From: Amphiscolops sp. MND2022
Lineage: Eukaryota
Length of the DNA stretch: 64,000 nucleotides
Direction: 5' to 3'
NCBI GenBank assembly: GCA_964187785.1
Contig: OZ076411.1
Span: 54,870,001-54,934,000 of the forward strand
The notes below the pieces were generated by a model, which was given only the letters and a program-made list of their open reading frames with translations, was not told the DNA's origin and made no database searches. Below are positions 25,002 through 38,899 of the stretch, one piece after another (the stretch's first letter is position 1; every line of letters starts with the position of its first letter). A program made the position numbers and the translations under genes.

Positions 25002-28000
25002 TGTTGACTATCATTGACAGAATTTTTGAGCGAATCTAGATGCGAAACGATCGCACTAAGAAAAACTTGAATTCATTATATTCATTTCTCGAAGTGCTTG
25101 CTCAGGACTATCCTCGCTTGATTGTTAAAGTGTGTCAGTTTCGTGTGTTTCCTCTTGTGTGTTTGACTGTGTGTCTGTTGGTGTTTGTTCGAAGCTGTTT
25201 TCATTGTGTCAAGTGTCTAATAAACTTCTGTCTTTTTGTTAGGTGATGTTGGGAAGTGGATGCATGTTGTGTTTAGTGGAAGCGAAGAGGACTTTGTTCA
25301 TTTTCAAGAACAGTTCAAGGCGAGGATGCTTAAGACGTAGCTGTTGGAAGTGAGTGGGTCTGACTGTCGGGAAATAGAGAAAACGTTGAAAAAGGCAGAA
25401 AGCCATGAAGCTGAAGCGAAGGCCTAAGAACGAACCGCGAACTTGATCAATGATAGGAAGAGTGATATGACTCTTAATGATAGGAAGAGGATGATATCGT
25501 GCGAAATGGTACAGGCGTTGGCCTAGGAGAATGTCTTGTACTTGAGACCTTACAAAGGAGGAGGCCCCAGAGCGTGGAAGATTCTCTGAGATGTACAGAA
25601 GTTTTGAAAGGCCTATATTGCAGTGCCTGATAGGAAAGTTGACTGCGAAATGCAGGCCACAGTTAATAAAAAGCAAATTACCAAAAAAGCAAGCCCAGGT
25701 GCTGGAAACGTGCGTTGAAAGTGGGCTACTATTTGACTGCGCAGCCAGGCCCTGGTACATAAAGGAGATTAAAGCGCTTCAATCTTGGATTGACAAGAGG
25801 TACCGCCACATTTGGAGCAACAAAACGGGCCCGCCATTAGTCCAGATGGAAAGTCAAGGAAAAAACATGCAAGACATCAAAAACATCCTAAATATAAAAT
25901 CAATCAGGTGGAAAATAGAGAAGAGAACACTGGAACGAATTGGACATGTCCTAAGAATGAGCAACGAAAGAACAGCAAAAATAGCAGTCTTGAGGTGGCT
26001 AGGCAGCCTGGAAGATTTTCCAAAACGACCTGGGAAAAAGAGGAAAACCCTGTTCTACTGGAGGAAACTCCTTAAAGAAGCAGGCGTCAACTGGTCGGAC
26101 GCGGGTACCATAGCTCAAGACAGCAAAAAGTGGAAGGAGATAGTGACAAAGAGAATGACGCATTTGGAAACCTGGGAAAGGCAACAAGCACACAATCACC
26201 GATTACCGAAAACAGTGAAAGAAAGAAATTTTGAAACCGATGCACCCAGTCTTAAATGCCCTGAGGAAAGTGCGAATCAAAGGGCGGCCAAAAAATTCAT
26301 ATCAAACGAATGCACTCCAATCAAACCAAATCCTTTGAATGCCCGAAATGCCAAAGGAATTTCAGATCAAAAGGAACTATGAAAAACCACTTGAAGAAAT
26401 GTAATCCAGCTGACGAAAGAAGTAAAGCGAGGAAATACATGCCCAAGAGAATAATATGCCAATGGTGCGGAGAAGAAAAATCAGCGACTAACATGGCCCG
26501 ACATATGGATCGATGTAGCACCAGGGGAGAGGGTATGCCTCCCAGAGAGGAGGCGAACACCTAAAGAGAGAGAGAGAGGTACAGGCGTTGGCCAAGGAGA
26601 AGGTCTTGTTCTTGAGACCTTACAAAGGAGGAGGCCCCAGAGCGTGGAAGATTCTCTGAGAAGTACAGAAGTTTTGAAAGGCCTATATTGCAATGCCTGA
26701 TAGGAAAGTTGACTAGTTTGCAAAAAGATTATTCAGAAACAGTTGGTGAATGTGACAAGAGCAGAAGAATATCAGTACGACTTAAAGCAAGTAGAAGTAA
26801 CAGAGAATGTTAACGTCATTGATGATGAAAGGATTGCCGGAGGGATTCCATACTTAGGTTACACTTTTGAAGTTCAACAAAGATAAAGAGAGAGCATTGA
26901 GGAGCTGGAAAAGATCTAGTAAATTTTGAGAGCAACAGGAGCAGATCAGAACGGAACCATTCCGAATCGCCCTCTAATCCGGCGCGAGGCAGTCTGTTTC
27001 AAGTGTCATCAAATCGGTCACAAAATGTCTGATTGTAAGTGGGAAGAAAATGGTAGAGGCCCCAGGAGAGGTAATGTTAGGAATTCCAGGAAAAGGGACA
27101 TATGGTAAAAGATTGTGAAGATGAGAGAAACCTAGTGGATCAGAAACCAATGAGATTCAAAACTCAAAGGAAACGATTCCAGTGTATTTGTTGCAAGAGA
27201 ACCAGTCACATTGAAGTTTCGTTACCAGAAGAAACGTCGATAAAAGCTAACTTTGTTGTACAAGGACAAGCTGCAGATCAAACGTAGGTTAAATTCAGTT
27301 TCTCCACTTATGATATAATGGATTTTTAAGATCTGCGAGTGTTTGATTGATTCTGGTTGTACTAACTACATCATTAAAGACAAGGAATTATTCACCTCCT
27401 CTGATGAGACATACAACGGCGAATGAGTGTGCCAACAAGTGGAGCTTCGAAATAGAGGGTTTTTATACAGCTGAATTTTTCATCCAGCAGAAGGATGAAC
27501 TGAAAGCGAAGATAACGCTGCAGTATGCTCTTATCACTCCTGAAATTGGCCAGAATTTGCTATTATCCAAACAGTCAGTTGCAACTATGCAGTTTGCCTA
27601 TCCAGATGAACTTGTAACCAAGAGCGTAACACGCTTTGAATTGGAAAACAAGCAAAAATCCTTTCATCTGGCGAATGGTAACTAATGCTGATATAGAATA
27701 CAACAAAGCGAACATGTCAGCTGAGCCATGTTTCGCACCAAGTCTACAACGATGGTCTTTGAAGGCTAGGACATACCAACTTTCTAGATACTTCGCCATG
27801 TAGACGGGATGCTTGTGAAAGGAAAGATAGTTGGTTTGTGAGACATGTGGAACGACCGAAGCGAAGCGCATAGCTGTTCCTAAAGTTGAACCATGTCCAC
27901 AGAAGTAATGGATATAATGCACACCGATGTTCAATGTCCGATTGTTGAGTAGTCCATCGATGGGCATGAGTATACTATTGGATTTGCAGATAGCTGCTCG

Positions 28001-29750
28001 CGCTTCATCAGTGTGTACTTTTTGAGGAGTAGAGAGGAATGTTTGGAGAAGTTCCACGGATTTAGTACGGTCATTGGGACTCCAAGGTTGATAGTTTCGG
28101 TTGGAGCAAAGGAGTTCGTATCTTCTGACTTCGAATCGTTTTGCCGAAAGGAAGGTAGAAAACGTGATACTTCAGCACCATACACCCCCGAGGAAAATGG
28201 AAAGATTGGAAAAAACATGGCGAACTGTCATCGGCATGACAAGTCGCATGTTGGATCAGCCTTTTCTTGAAAATGAATACTGGTCATTTACCTCGAACTA
28301 TGCATTCTACCTGAAAAAGGACTATTTTCATCAGAAATAGAGGTGACCCCTCTTGAGAAAATGTACGGAGTCAAACCTGATATTTCGTTTCTCCGCACGT
28401 TTAGATGCAAAGTTTACGCCCCTGTGGAGAAACCGTACCGAAAGAAAATGGACAAAGCCGCAAAGAAAGGTGTCTCCCTCGGTTTTTCAAGAGACACAGC
28501 TGGATTTCCAGATGTGGGAAAACTGAAAGTCATTAGAACGAGGAGTGTAAAATTCAATGAAGAGTATGTATTTTGCCAGTAACCAAGCTAGCGATATAGC
28601 TGTACAACTACTAGGTGAAATTGATCAGAGAAAGTATGACGAAGATAATGCAACCAAGAGAGTATAATGGTGGTCAGCTAAGCAGTCTGTCATGACTCGA
28701 GCGGCGTAAGGCAAAGAATATTCAAGACTGAATTATGATCTAATCTGTTGTTTTGCACCCGATGTTGATGGGTGGACTTGATCAAGTGAATAATTCAAAC
28801 AAATTGATAGACAACAATTCAATCAAATAAAGGTATGAAACACAAATATCAAACTTAGTTACATAAGAGAAAGTTCCAAAACTTAGTTGCATAATAGAAA
28901 CTTCACAGCTTCACTATTGAAAATGTCAGAGAAACCTCAACGTCTTAGCAACCAAGGAACAACAGGAAATTACAGTACAAATTTGAAAATCGAACATGAA
29001 GCTGGACATACTAAACTCGACACTTGAGGCCTTATAGAAACAACGTTTGGATGTTGATTGGTCTAATAAAGGTGAGAACAATGGATTGTCGTTGGTCTTT
29101 CACAGTTAGGTATGACCCAGAGGTAGAAGGCAAAGGATTCAGCCAGAGAGAAGGGGTGGAATATAATGAAAGCTTTTCAGCTCGTCTTTCCACTGTGATG
29201 AAAGTTCTTTTACGTCTTGTAGCTCAGAATAACTGGTTTGAAACAATTACACCTTAATGAAGCGTGTTTGAATTCCGATGTTGAGGAGGAAATTGACATG
29301 AAGCATCCTGAATGATTTGAATTGTCGAGTAAAGCAGGAGATGAGGAAGTTCCAGAAGTACTGTATGGATTGAAGCAGTCTGGAAGAAACGTATTTCAAG
29401 TACCTTGAGAGCATAGTATTTCTTGCATGTGTGCATGATTGTTTGTCTGTGCGGAATTTTGATTGTGATTAGTCTGTTGTATGTGTGGGCGAATGACATC
29501 GTTTCCTGTGGTAAGGTTGGTTCCTTTCTGAGTTTGAACAGAAAGTGAGTGAGTGGTTAATGTTAGTTACTTCGGTTTCCAGGTATGGAGATTGGTAAAT
29601 AGGATGGTTCGATTGGTAACAGCTGAGAGAAGTACATCACGAACTCACTCGAAAAATGAGTGATTATAAGCCCACAGTAACACCCATTTTTCTCTGGGCT
29701 ACTCCCAATTATAACCTCCCGAAAGTTAGCTTTGTGTGAAGAATTAAAGA
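25002..29750 (+). mobile_element. Decayed Ty1/copia LTR retrotransposon, copy 1
   Basis: Candidate 5' LTR 25002-25241 (TGTTG start, AATAAA at 25219); gag FSGSEEDF and RAWKIL; CFKCHQIGHKMSDC knuckle; protease CLIDSGCT; integrase HTDV...SAPYTPEENG before RT (KGFSQREG, LYGLKQSGR), which is the copia domain order. Confidence 0.92.
25645..26577 (+). mobile_element. 5'-truncated RTE-like LINE inserted in copia gag, with C-terminal C2H2 fingers
   Basis: IEKRTLERIGHVLRMSNERTAK thumb/C-terminal motif; CPKCQRNF...HLKKC and CQWC...MARHMDRC; (AG)n tail; flanked by a 137-bp direct repeat absent from the uninterrupted copy at 30801-30937. Confidence 0.88.
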
Positions 29751-30294
29751 GTAATTTAAGAACATATCGTTTTCCCCTTTTTGGGATTATGGGAAAGACT
29801 TCGCAACCCTCCGGTTCTTGGGACGTTTGTGACATCGACACCCTCATTTGGAAAACATTCATAGATCAGAAGTCTGTCTTGAGAAAAAATTTATGACTTG
29901 AAAATCAAATATTTTACTGTGAGAAATTTTGGGAGAACATTGAACAGAATTTATAGAAAAATCATTGCCTGAAGTTATAACAGGAGAAGAGTCTGTTTTC
30001 CCCCCACCATCAAAATTTTTTAAAGGAAAACTACAAAAAAATCAAACTGGTTGAATTCGAAGTTTTTTCCATAAGAGGAAGGTAACTGTGGAAAAATTCC
30101 ATAACAGGAAGGTAATGTGGAAAATTACCTGTTTTTAATGACTCTAAAACAGAAAGCGGTTGAGTTTTCAACAAGAAAGCGTGACTTCATGAGGAAAAAT
30201 GCGTGGACAGAGTTTTTCTCGAAATTTTTCTCAAAAAAAACAGCTGGTAGGGGGGAAAACAGAAGAACCGAGAAAAATTGTCGGCTATTTCCAA

Positions 30295-33120
30295 TGTTGA
30301 CTATCATTGACAGAATTTTTGAGCGAATCTAGATGCGAAACGATCGCACTAAGAAAAACTTGAATTCATTATATTCATTTCTCGAAGTGCTTGCTCAGGA
30401 CTATCCTCGCTTGATTGTTAAAGTGTGTCAGTTTCGTGTGTTTCCTCTTGTGTGTTTGACTGTGTGTCTGTTGGTGTTTGTTCGAAGCTGTTTTCATTGT
30501 GTCAAGTGTCTAATAAACTTCTGTCTTTTTGTTAGGTGATGTTGGGAAGTGGATGCATGTTGTGTTTAGTGGAAGCGAAGAGGACTTTGTTCATTTTCAA
30601 GAACAGTTCAAGGCGAGGATGTTTGAGACGTAGCTGTTGGAAGTGAGTGGGTCTGACTATCGGGAAATAGAGAAAACGTTGAAAGAGGCAGAAAGCCATG
30701 AAGCTGAAGCGAAGGCCTAAGAACGAACCGCGAACTTAATGAATGATAGGAAGAGTGATACGACTCTTGATGATAGGAAGAGGATGATATCGTGCGAAAT
30801 GGTACAGGCGTTGGCCTAGGAGAATGTCTTGTTCTTGAGACCTTACAAAGGAGAAGGCCCCAGAGCGTGGAAGATTCTCTGAGAAGTACAGAAGTTTTGA
30901 AAGGCCTATATTGCAGTGCCTGATAGGAAAGTTGACTAGTTTGCAAAAAGAATATTCAGAAACAGTTGGTGAATGTGACAAGAGCAGAAAAATTTCAGTA
31001 CGAGTTAAAGCAAGTAGAAGTAACAGAGAATGTTAACGTCATTGATGATGAAAGGATTGCCGGAGGGATTCCATACTTAGGTTACACTTTTGAAGCTCAA
31101 CAAAGATAAAAAGAGCATATAGGAGCTGGAAAAGATCTAGTAAATTTTCAGAGCAACAGGAGCAGATCGGAACGGAACCATTCCGAATAGCCCTCTATTC
31201 CGGCGCGAGGCAGTCTGTTGTTTCAAGTGTCATCAAATCGGTCACAAAATGTCTGATTGTAAGTGGGAAGAAAATGGTAGGGGCCCCAGGAGAGGTAATG
31301 TTAGGAATTCCAGGAAAAGGGACATATGGCAAAAGATTGTGAAGATGAGAGAAACCTAGTGGATCAGGAACTTATGTGATTTAAAACTCAAAGGAAACGA
31401 TTTCAGTGTAGTTGTTGCAAGAGAACCAGTCACATTTAGGTTTCGTTACCAGAAGAAACGTCGATAAAAGCGAACTCTGTTGTACAAGGACAAGTTGAAG
31501 ATCAAACGTAGGTTAAATTCAGTTTCTCCACTTATGATATAATGGATTTTTAAGATCTGCGAGTGTTTGATTGATTCTGGTTGTACCAACTACATCATTA
31601 AAGACAATGAATTATTCACCTCCTCTGATGAGACATACAACGGCGAATGAGTGTGCCAACACGTGGAGCTTCAAAATAGAGGGGTATTTATACAGCTGAA
31701 TTTTTCATCCAGCAGAAGGATGAACGGAAAGCGAAGAAAACGCTGCAGTATGCTCTTATCACTCCTGAAATTGGCCAGAATTTGCTATTATCCAAACAGT
31801 CAGTTGCAACTATGCAGTTTGCCTATCCAGATAAACTTGTAACCAAGAGCGTAACACGCTTTGAATTGGAAAACAAGCAAAAATCATTCCATCTGGCGAA
31901 TGGGAACTAATCCTGATATAGAATACAACAAAGCGGACATGTCAGCTGAGCCAAGTCTACAACGATGGTCTTTGAAGGCTAGGACATACCAACTTTCTAG
32001 ATAGAGACTTCGCCATGTAGACGGGATGCTTGTGAAAGGAAAGATAGTTGGTTTGTGAGACATGTGAAACGACCAAAGCGAAGCGCATAGCTGTTCCTAA
32101 AGTTGAACCATGTCCACAGAAGTAATGGATATAGTGCACACCGATGTTCAATGTCCGATTGTTGAGTAGTCCATCGATGGGCATGAGTATACTATTGGAT
32201 TTGCAGATAGCGGCTCGCGCTTCATCACTGTACTTTTTGAGGAGTAGAGAGGAATGTTTGGAGAAGTTCCACGGATTTAGTACGGTCATTGGGAATCCAA
32301 GGTTGATAGTTTCGGTTGGAGCAAAGGAGTTCGTATCTTCTGACTTCGAATCGTTTTGCCGAAAGGAAGGTAGAAAACGTGATACTTCAGCACCATACAT
32401 CCCAGAGGAAAATGGAAAGATTGGAAAAAACATGGCGAACTGTCATCTGCATGACAAGTCGCATGTTGGATCAGCCTTTTCTTGAAAATGAATACTGGTC
32501 ATTTACCTCGAACTATGCATTTTACCTGAAAAAGGACTATTTTCATCAGAAATAGAGGTGACCCCTCTTGAGAAAATGTACGGAGTCAAACCTGATAATT
32601 CGTTTCTCCAAGTTTAGATGCAAAATTTACGCCCCTGTGGAGAAACCGCACCGGAAGAAAATGGACAAAGCCGCGAAGAAAGGTGTGTCCCCCGGTTATT
32701 CAAGAGACACAGCTGGATTTCCGGATGTGGGAAAACTGAAAGTCATTAGAACGAGGAGTGTAAAATTCAATGAAGAGTATGTATTTTGCCAGTAACCAAG
32801 CTAGTGATATAGCTGGACCACCACTAGGTGAGATTGATCAGAGAAAGCATGACGAAGATAATGCAACCAAGAGAGTATAATGGTGGTCAGCTAAGCAGTC
32901 TGTCATAACTCATGACTCCAGCGGCGTAAGGCAAAGAATTGTTTCAAGACTGAATTATGATCTAATTTGTTGTTTTGCACCCGATGTTGTTGGGTGGACT
33001 TGATCAAGCGAATAATTCAGAAACAAATTCATAGACAACAATTCAATCAAATAAAGGTGTGAAACACAAATATCAATCTTAGTTGCATAGTAGAAAGTTC
33101 CACAGCTTCGCTGTTGACAA
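30295..33120 (+). mobile_element. Decayed Ty1/copia, copy 2 (LTR-gag-PR-IN, no RT)
   Basis: High similarity to copy 1, including shared stops; lacks the RTE insertion. Confidence 0.9.
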
Positions 33121-33544
33121 TGTCAATGACATGACTGTGTCATCCTTTAAACTTCCCTTGAGGTTGAAAACTGGCCATTAGAATCTACCTGCCGAATGTT
33201 CCCACAACATGACTGACTGTTACTTGCCCACAGTTGCTTCAACTGTGTCGAGGGTTTCCCAGGTCCTCGTATAGATCTTTCGAGATTGACATGGCTGGGG
33301 TCGACACTTGAAATTAGAGGCCTCTGGATTATTTACCACCTGACTGCTTTCAATGCACTATTTATGTTCGCAGGAAATCCATCTGGTTTGGTCTCCGTGT
33401 CCTCTCAAAACAAAAGACCTAAGTCCAAAACAAAAGCTATTTGAAGTTTTCATTAACGGCGTAAATTCGGCAGGTAGTTCTCAAGATCCGTAGGTTCGTT
33501 TTTTGCGTCACGTAGGGCGATCCCCTTAAACTGGCACCGTGTCA

Positions 33545-33765
33545 TAGATCATGGCTCGAGCGGCGTAGGGCAAAGAATGGTTTCAAAGACTGAGTTATAA
33601 TCTGATTTGTTGTGTTGCACCCGGTGTTGATGGGTGGACCTGATCAAGTGAATAATTCAAACAAATTCATAGACAATTCAATCAAATAAAGGTATGAAAC
33701 ACAAATATCAAACTTAGTTACATAAGAGAAAGTTCCAAAACTTAGTTGCATAATAGAAACTTCAC
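33545..33765 (+). repeat. Third copy of the post-integrase segment of the copia
   Basis: catggctcgagcggcgtagggcaaagaat...cttagttgcataatagaaacttcaca matches 28690-28905. Confidence 0.8.
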
Positions 33766-34305
33766 AAAGTTTTCACAATTTTTGGTTTTATTGAGTTATT
33801 CTGCGAGGAAAGTTCTTGTCCCAGTCTTAAGGATGGCCCTCTTTGATCATTTTTCGGTTATGTGGAACCAGGGTCTTTTTGTTTTTTTAATCAAATAAAA
33901 CAAAGTTTTTTATGCAATCAAACATGTTTTGTTTTTCATTTTTTATAAATTTTCCACTTCAAACTGAGAAAACATTTTTGTTTAATTAAATTTCTCTAAA
34001 AAAATGTAATTTGAAGAAATTAATTCTTGTTTATTTATTGCCAATACAAAAAGCAAGAGTTGGCATCTCAGCTTTGAGCGAATTGAACATGAACGATATA
34101 TTACATCCAAAAAATAAGGGGGTGAAAACAATCGAAAATAAACACATCTTATTCAAATCTCAAAATGTTTCGAAACGTTTTTTGTTGATGTTTTAAAACG
34201 TTATTGGCGTGTGTGGAACTAATGTGAGTTCTCTCAATACCTGTGGAAAACCCCGCAGTTTCCTGTGAATTGTTTTTTTTCGGATTGTGTGGTTTTTTCG
34301 GAATA

Positions 34306-34478
34306 CAGTGGAATCCGCCTAATTCGTATCGCTAGGGACCGAATAAAATACTAGAATAACGAGAAATACGAATTAACAGGATGATTTTACTTTGGTCGTC
34401 CTTAAATGGGGGTCTCAAAGACGTACGAATTAAACGAAGATCCGAATTATCCGGATACGAATTAACCGGAGTTGACTG
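34306..34478. mobile_element. Tc1/pogo-type MITE
   Basis: TA|cagtggaatccgcctaattcgtatc ... gatacgaattaaccggagttgactg|TA. Confidence 0.8.
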
Positions 34479-35724
34479 TATATCCATTTTTTTCGTGAGG
34501 TTTACAGTTGAGAAAGGGCGGATTTCGATTCATATTGGTATCTTCCTGTCCTGTAAGGTTGATTAATTTTTGCTTATTCAATAAACTTTGGTTTTGAAGA
34601 TGAGCGGGGGTGGGCTTGGGCCGTTCCTTATCTGTAACTGGGGTTCCTGTCGAAAAATCTTTGGATTGATTCAACTGAAGCGGTTTTTGAGAATGTTCCG
34701 TAGCTGATATTTTTATCGAAAGTAGCAGGAAAGCGTCAGTGACGGATTCGGAAAAGGTTTTTCTCATTCATTCAAAAAGCTCAAAATCACTTTGAATTTC
34801 TCGAACTATCGTCGAAAACAGTCTCATCAGATGTTTGCAGAATCACATCACCTACAGTCCAGTTTTTCCTCTTGTTTTGGTTCTATTCTATGTGACCGAT
34901 TGTGATTGTTTTTTTTTCATTGGAAGTTGGTCGAAAGTAGCGGGGAATGTCAATTGTAGACATTTTTCTAGATCGTTTGTCTTAATCGTTTGATAAGTTT
35001 CTCGAAACTTTTTTGTGCTAATTTTGGTTGAATTTGCTTTGTCCACGCTACCTAAAAATTACCTCGAGCGTTTTCTTAGATGAATGGAGCTCATTGGATT
35101 TTTGTCGCGCCAAAATTGAATCATGTGCAAACAAAATACAATAATTTTCCTGAAAGTCGATCTTTCTGTATGACGACATCCTTTCGATTTTTGGAATGTC
35201 AAAAAATTTCTTTGAAGTCTAATATTGCAAGGAATTCCGTCATGAATCTTTCGTGTGCAAATGAAAGAAGCCTTGGAGATGTAAGCTGTTGAAGTCTGTG
35301 TAGTTAACCAATGGAAATTTTTTGGAGTTTTCATTGAGTAGAATTCTGAACGGGGATTCGTTTCGTCAATGCTACCCTGATACTACTGAACCAGAATTCA
35401 GAACCGAGCGATAGATAGATGACGAGTTTCATGTTTTGTAATTGAAAGGTACGTATTCTGAATTTGAAATACGTAGTAGGACAAGAGTAGCCTAGCAAAA
35501 TTGCGTCGCCAAAAAGCGGATGATTAATCTTAATACATTCTCTCAAATCTCTGTGTGGTTTTCTGTAATTTTTTTTAGCATGGAAGCATTGATGTGGAAA
35601 CATGAAATCATTTTCTCAGTTTTTTGCACATGACGAAGTCAATGTGCATTGCAGTCCAGCTAAGAAAGTTTTTTTTTCCACAATAGCCAACTTCATAATA
35701 AGCGCCTTTTAGAGAAAAGCCAAA

Positions 35725-35795
35725 ACCCCAGAGAGATTCCAACCTGCAGCCTCCCGATTGCGCGGCATAAGTGTTAACCACTGTGCCATAAGGAC
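35725..35795 (-). pseudogene. tRNA-derived SINE head or tRNA pseudogene
   Basis: Minus strand gtccttaTGGCACAGTGGttaacac...gcaGGTTGGAATCtctc has an A box and a degenerate B box; cloverleaf imperfect. Confidence 0.5.
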
Positions 35796-36574
35796 GTTAT
35801 TGAATAAAGTTGAACTGTTGAATATATACGCATGCGATTAAAATAATATATATACGCATATTAAAATAATCGTTGTCTTCGTCATGTGTTGCGAAGCACC
35901 GCTTCGCCTCTGTGTTTCAAAACGAGTCGGGAAAGTAAAGTCAGCATATCACTCAAGGCTCAAAACGCAAAAGTAATTTGAATTAGCGAATGAAATGTTT
36001 TTGATAAAACACTCAAAAACTATCATTGCCGAAAAGACGTTTATTCAATGTACGGTAAATATGCAACCTATTTTATGTCAAATAAAACATTCCATTGGTA
36101 TTGGAATTCGAACCTTCGACCTAATTTCAATTATTATCGTTTTGCAAAAAGCAACTAGACCCTCCTATTGGTAGCTTTTTACAAGTTTCCATCTATAATT
36201 AATTGAAACTTTCTCAATTTCGGGTCTATTAGAAAATGCCGATTGAAAATAGGGATGATAGAGGTTTTTTCACAATGCTGAGAAAAATGGACTGCCTTGT
36301 GAATAGTCGATATGGATTTTTTTGACGAAGAATCTCGGGTTTATAATATTCGACGTATAGTCGCGACTCAACGTTCGTCAAGTCAAAAACTTTTATTCTC
36401 GTGTTTTCTGTGTCTACAGCGGTGTACTTCGCGTTTGATTTAATTCGAATCCAATAGTTTTTAAGATTTCAATTCAATATAAGTATTTTTGCTATTCATA
36501 ATTCCGAACAACCCTGTTTTCATAAAATCGATGCATATTCACTTGCATAAATGTATATAATTTCTAATCCAACT

Positions 36575-36730
36575 GATATCAGTGATGTTAATCCGATTTT
36601 AATCCAGTTGTGTTGACCAAGTTTTTTGGAGGAAGCGAAGTTGACCGTTATGAGTGATATCAGTGGTGTTAATTCGATTTTAATCCGATTGGGTTAATTC
36701 ATTTTTTGACGCAAGCGAACTTGACCGTTT
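36575..36730. repeat. Two-copy ~81-bp tandem repeat
   Basis: gatatcagtg.tgttaat.cgattttaatcc...gcgaa.ttgaccgtt at 36575 and 36656. Confidence 0.75.
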
Positions 36731-38899
36731 CCATTTAAAAATTTGTCGTTTGTCTTCAGCTTTTAAATTCACGACGGTGAGGGAACTGGAATCAGGAGTT
36801 GAAACTTCGAAAAATATTTTTGTGTAAGATGTTGGTATCACTGCGCGTGTTGCGAAATGAAAGTTTTCTCACGTATGTTCCAACGCCTATCCAAACTTCT
36901 GCATTATTCAATCAAATGATTCCGAGTTTCATATAATTAGAGATTAATAAAGCAGAAATATTGTCAGTATGAGAATTTCGATTAATTCTATCAAACGAAT
37001 TTCCCCCGAATTCGAAATAAACTACGGTTTTAAATTTCCAAAAATATTGACACATAGTTGTGAAGCATCACTGGTAACAAGTAATTATAATTCCTGAATA
37101 TTAATATTACGTTTAACCAGAGTTTTGACATCGCTAATTTTTTACGCTGAACTGCTAATTTCAAAATCGATATTTTTAATTTTTGCAAAGAAAAACTGGA
37201 AATTTATATGCTGTGTGGGTTTCACATATGAAAAATATCCGAAATTCGTTTTGAAACTACCTAAATTTTCCAAGTTCTAGTTGCCGCTAATTTGAATCGC
37301 TGTAGAATTCGAAAGATTTGAATTTGATTAGTGTGTCAAAACTCGGTGTTTAACCGAAGTCTGCAGAGTCCGACTATCCTTTTTTTCTGTTAATCGATTA
37401 GGATTTTTCAGCAGGTTAAGAATTAATCAACCGGTAATTCGCTTACTATGTTTACTGGTCCGGCATCGCATTGCAGCGAAATACCAATTATTTTAGCAAT
37501 TTATTGCCTTTACAATGGCTTTTAATCAGTTGATTCATTGCCATTATTACAGTGAAATATTGTCAAAGAGTATAAAGGAGACTTCTGGAATTTCACAAGT
37601 TCTATCATAAAATGTGTGTACTCCATAATACCGAACGAACAAAATTTTTTGTCAATCTACACTTGCATCACACAGAACAATATGGAAGCTTTCATGAAGG
37701 TTGCGATGTTTTTTGAATCGTAGATTCTAATTTTTGAATTTTCTATGTTGCATTTGGTCATTTTTTGATTCATTCATCGAAAATTGCGTAATGGAAAGTT
37801 CCTTGGTCATAGAATGCGAAACCCTTTTTGATAAGAGCGTAAAAATTGTGACTATTGCCAGTTGACATGTTTGTCGCACCTGATTTTCACAGATACGCTT
37901 TCTAAAGTGGAGGAACTAGAGTTAACACCAGCTTGTCAAGATCCAAAGGTTGCGCCTGATGTGTAGCCTTGATGGGAGAACCACTGTCCTTTGTTTTTGT
38001 TGGATCTATCGCTACACAATGTTAACCGTCTTTCAACAAAACTAGATCCCTCTCGTTTCTCAATTTTCCTTATTTACGAGAAATCAATTCCATTGTTTTT
38101 GCAAACATGCTATTGGCAGCAAGCGTCCTTTCAATAGATCTTATTAGAAAATTGTTTGCGCTGACGCTCAGAACTTGACTGTAGCATGGATGCTTCAGCT
38201 TCGACAAGTATGAATGTCATATCTGTGGCCCATGTTAAGGACTCAAAGGTCGCGTTTCAGTGAGGTTTTTTTGAGTTTGAAAGGAACAGTGAAAACCACA
38301 ATGCTTCTGCTTCGTTAATTATTCACTGATACAGCATTTTAACGGTGAAAAAAGTTTGATTGGATTAATGAATCCTTGCTTTGGATCAGATGTTTAACTT
38401 GGTGTGTGATCCGGAAGCATTTTGCGTGACCCGAACGTCTTTCACTGTAAAACCGTTTTTTTCACGCCTATACATCCAACTGTTGATACACGTTATGAAA
38501 ACAATCATTTACAACGAAATCAAATTCGCTATTCTCTTCCTTATTTGATCCATTCAGTATGTTTTTAATAATGATGTAGCTTATTATATACAAATGCTAC
38601 TTAAGAATGCCGTAATCTTGACTTCGTCCCATGTTTTGTGATGTCTTCCTCTATAAAAGTTTCCTCGTGGAAACTGAGGGGCCAATCATCAGAACAGCTT
38701 TTTCTGCCGCTAATTTACATAATCCAAATAGCATCCCTTCAACGGTTTGGAACCTATATTGTTCCAGATCTTGTAGCCTGAAGTTTGTCTGAACACTATA
38801 TTGTTCCATTTCTTGCAGTTAATCACGTTTTTGAGATACCAGCATCGGTCAATAAGTATCTGCTTTCTAAGTAACAGCTGAATGCGTGTTTTAGAGGTC

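Noticed and set aside
25040-25246. Identical 68-aa Cys/Val-rich ORF at 25040 and 30333
   Set aside because: It lies within the duplicated candidate copia LTR; GT-rich composition explains the peptide.
25239-25760. 173-aa minus-strand ORF
   Set aside because: Antisense to copia gag and spans the RTE junction; no independent coding evidence.
34462-34767. 101-aa minus-strand ORF as a gene
   Set aside because: No recognisable domain or splice support; its end runs into a MITE.
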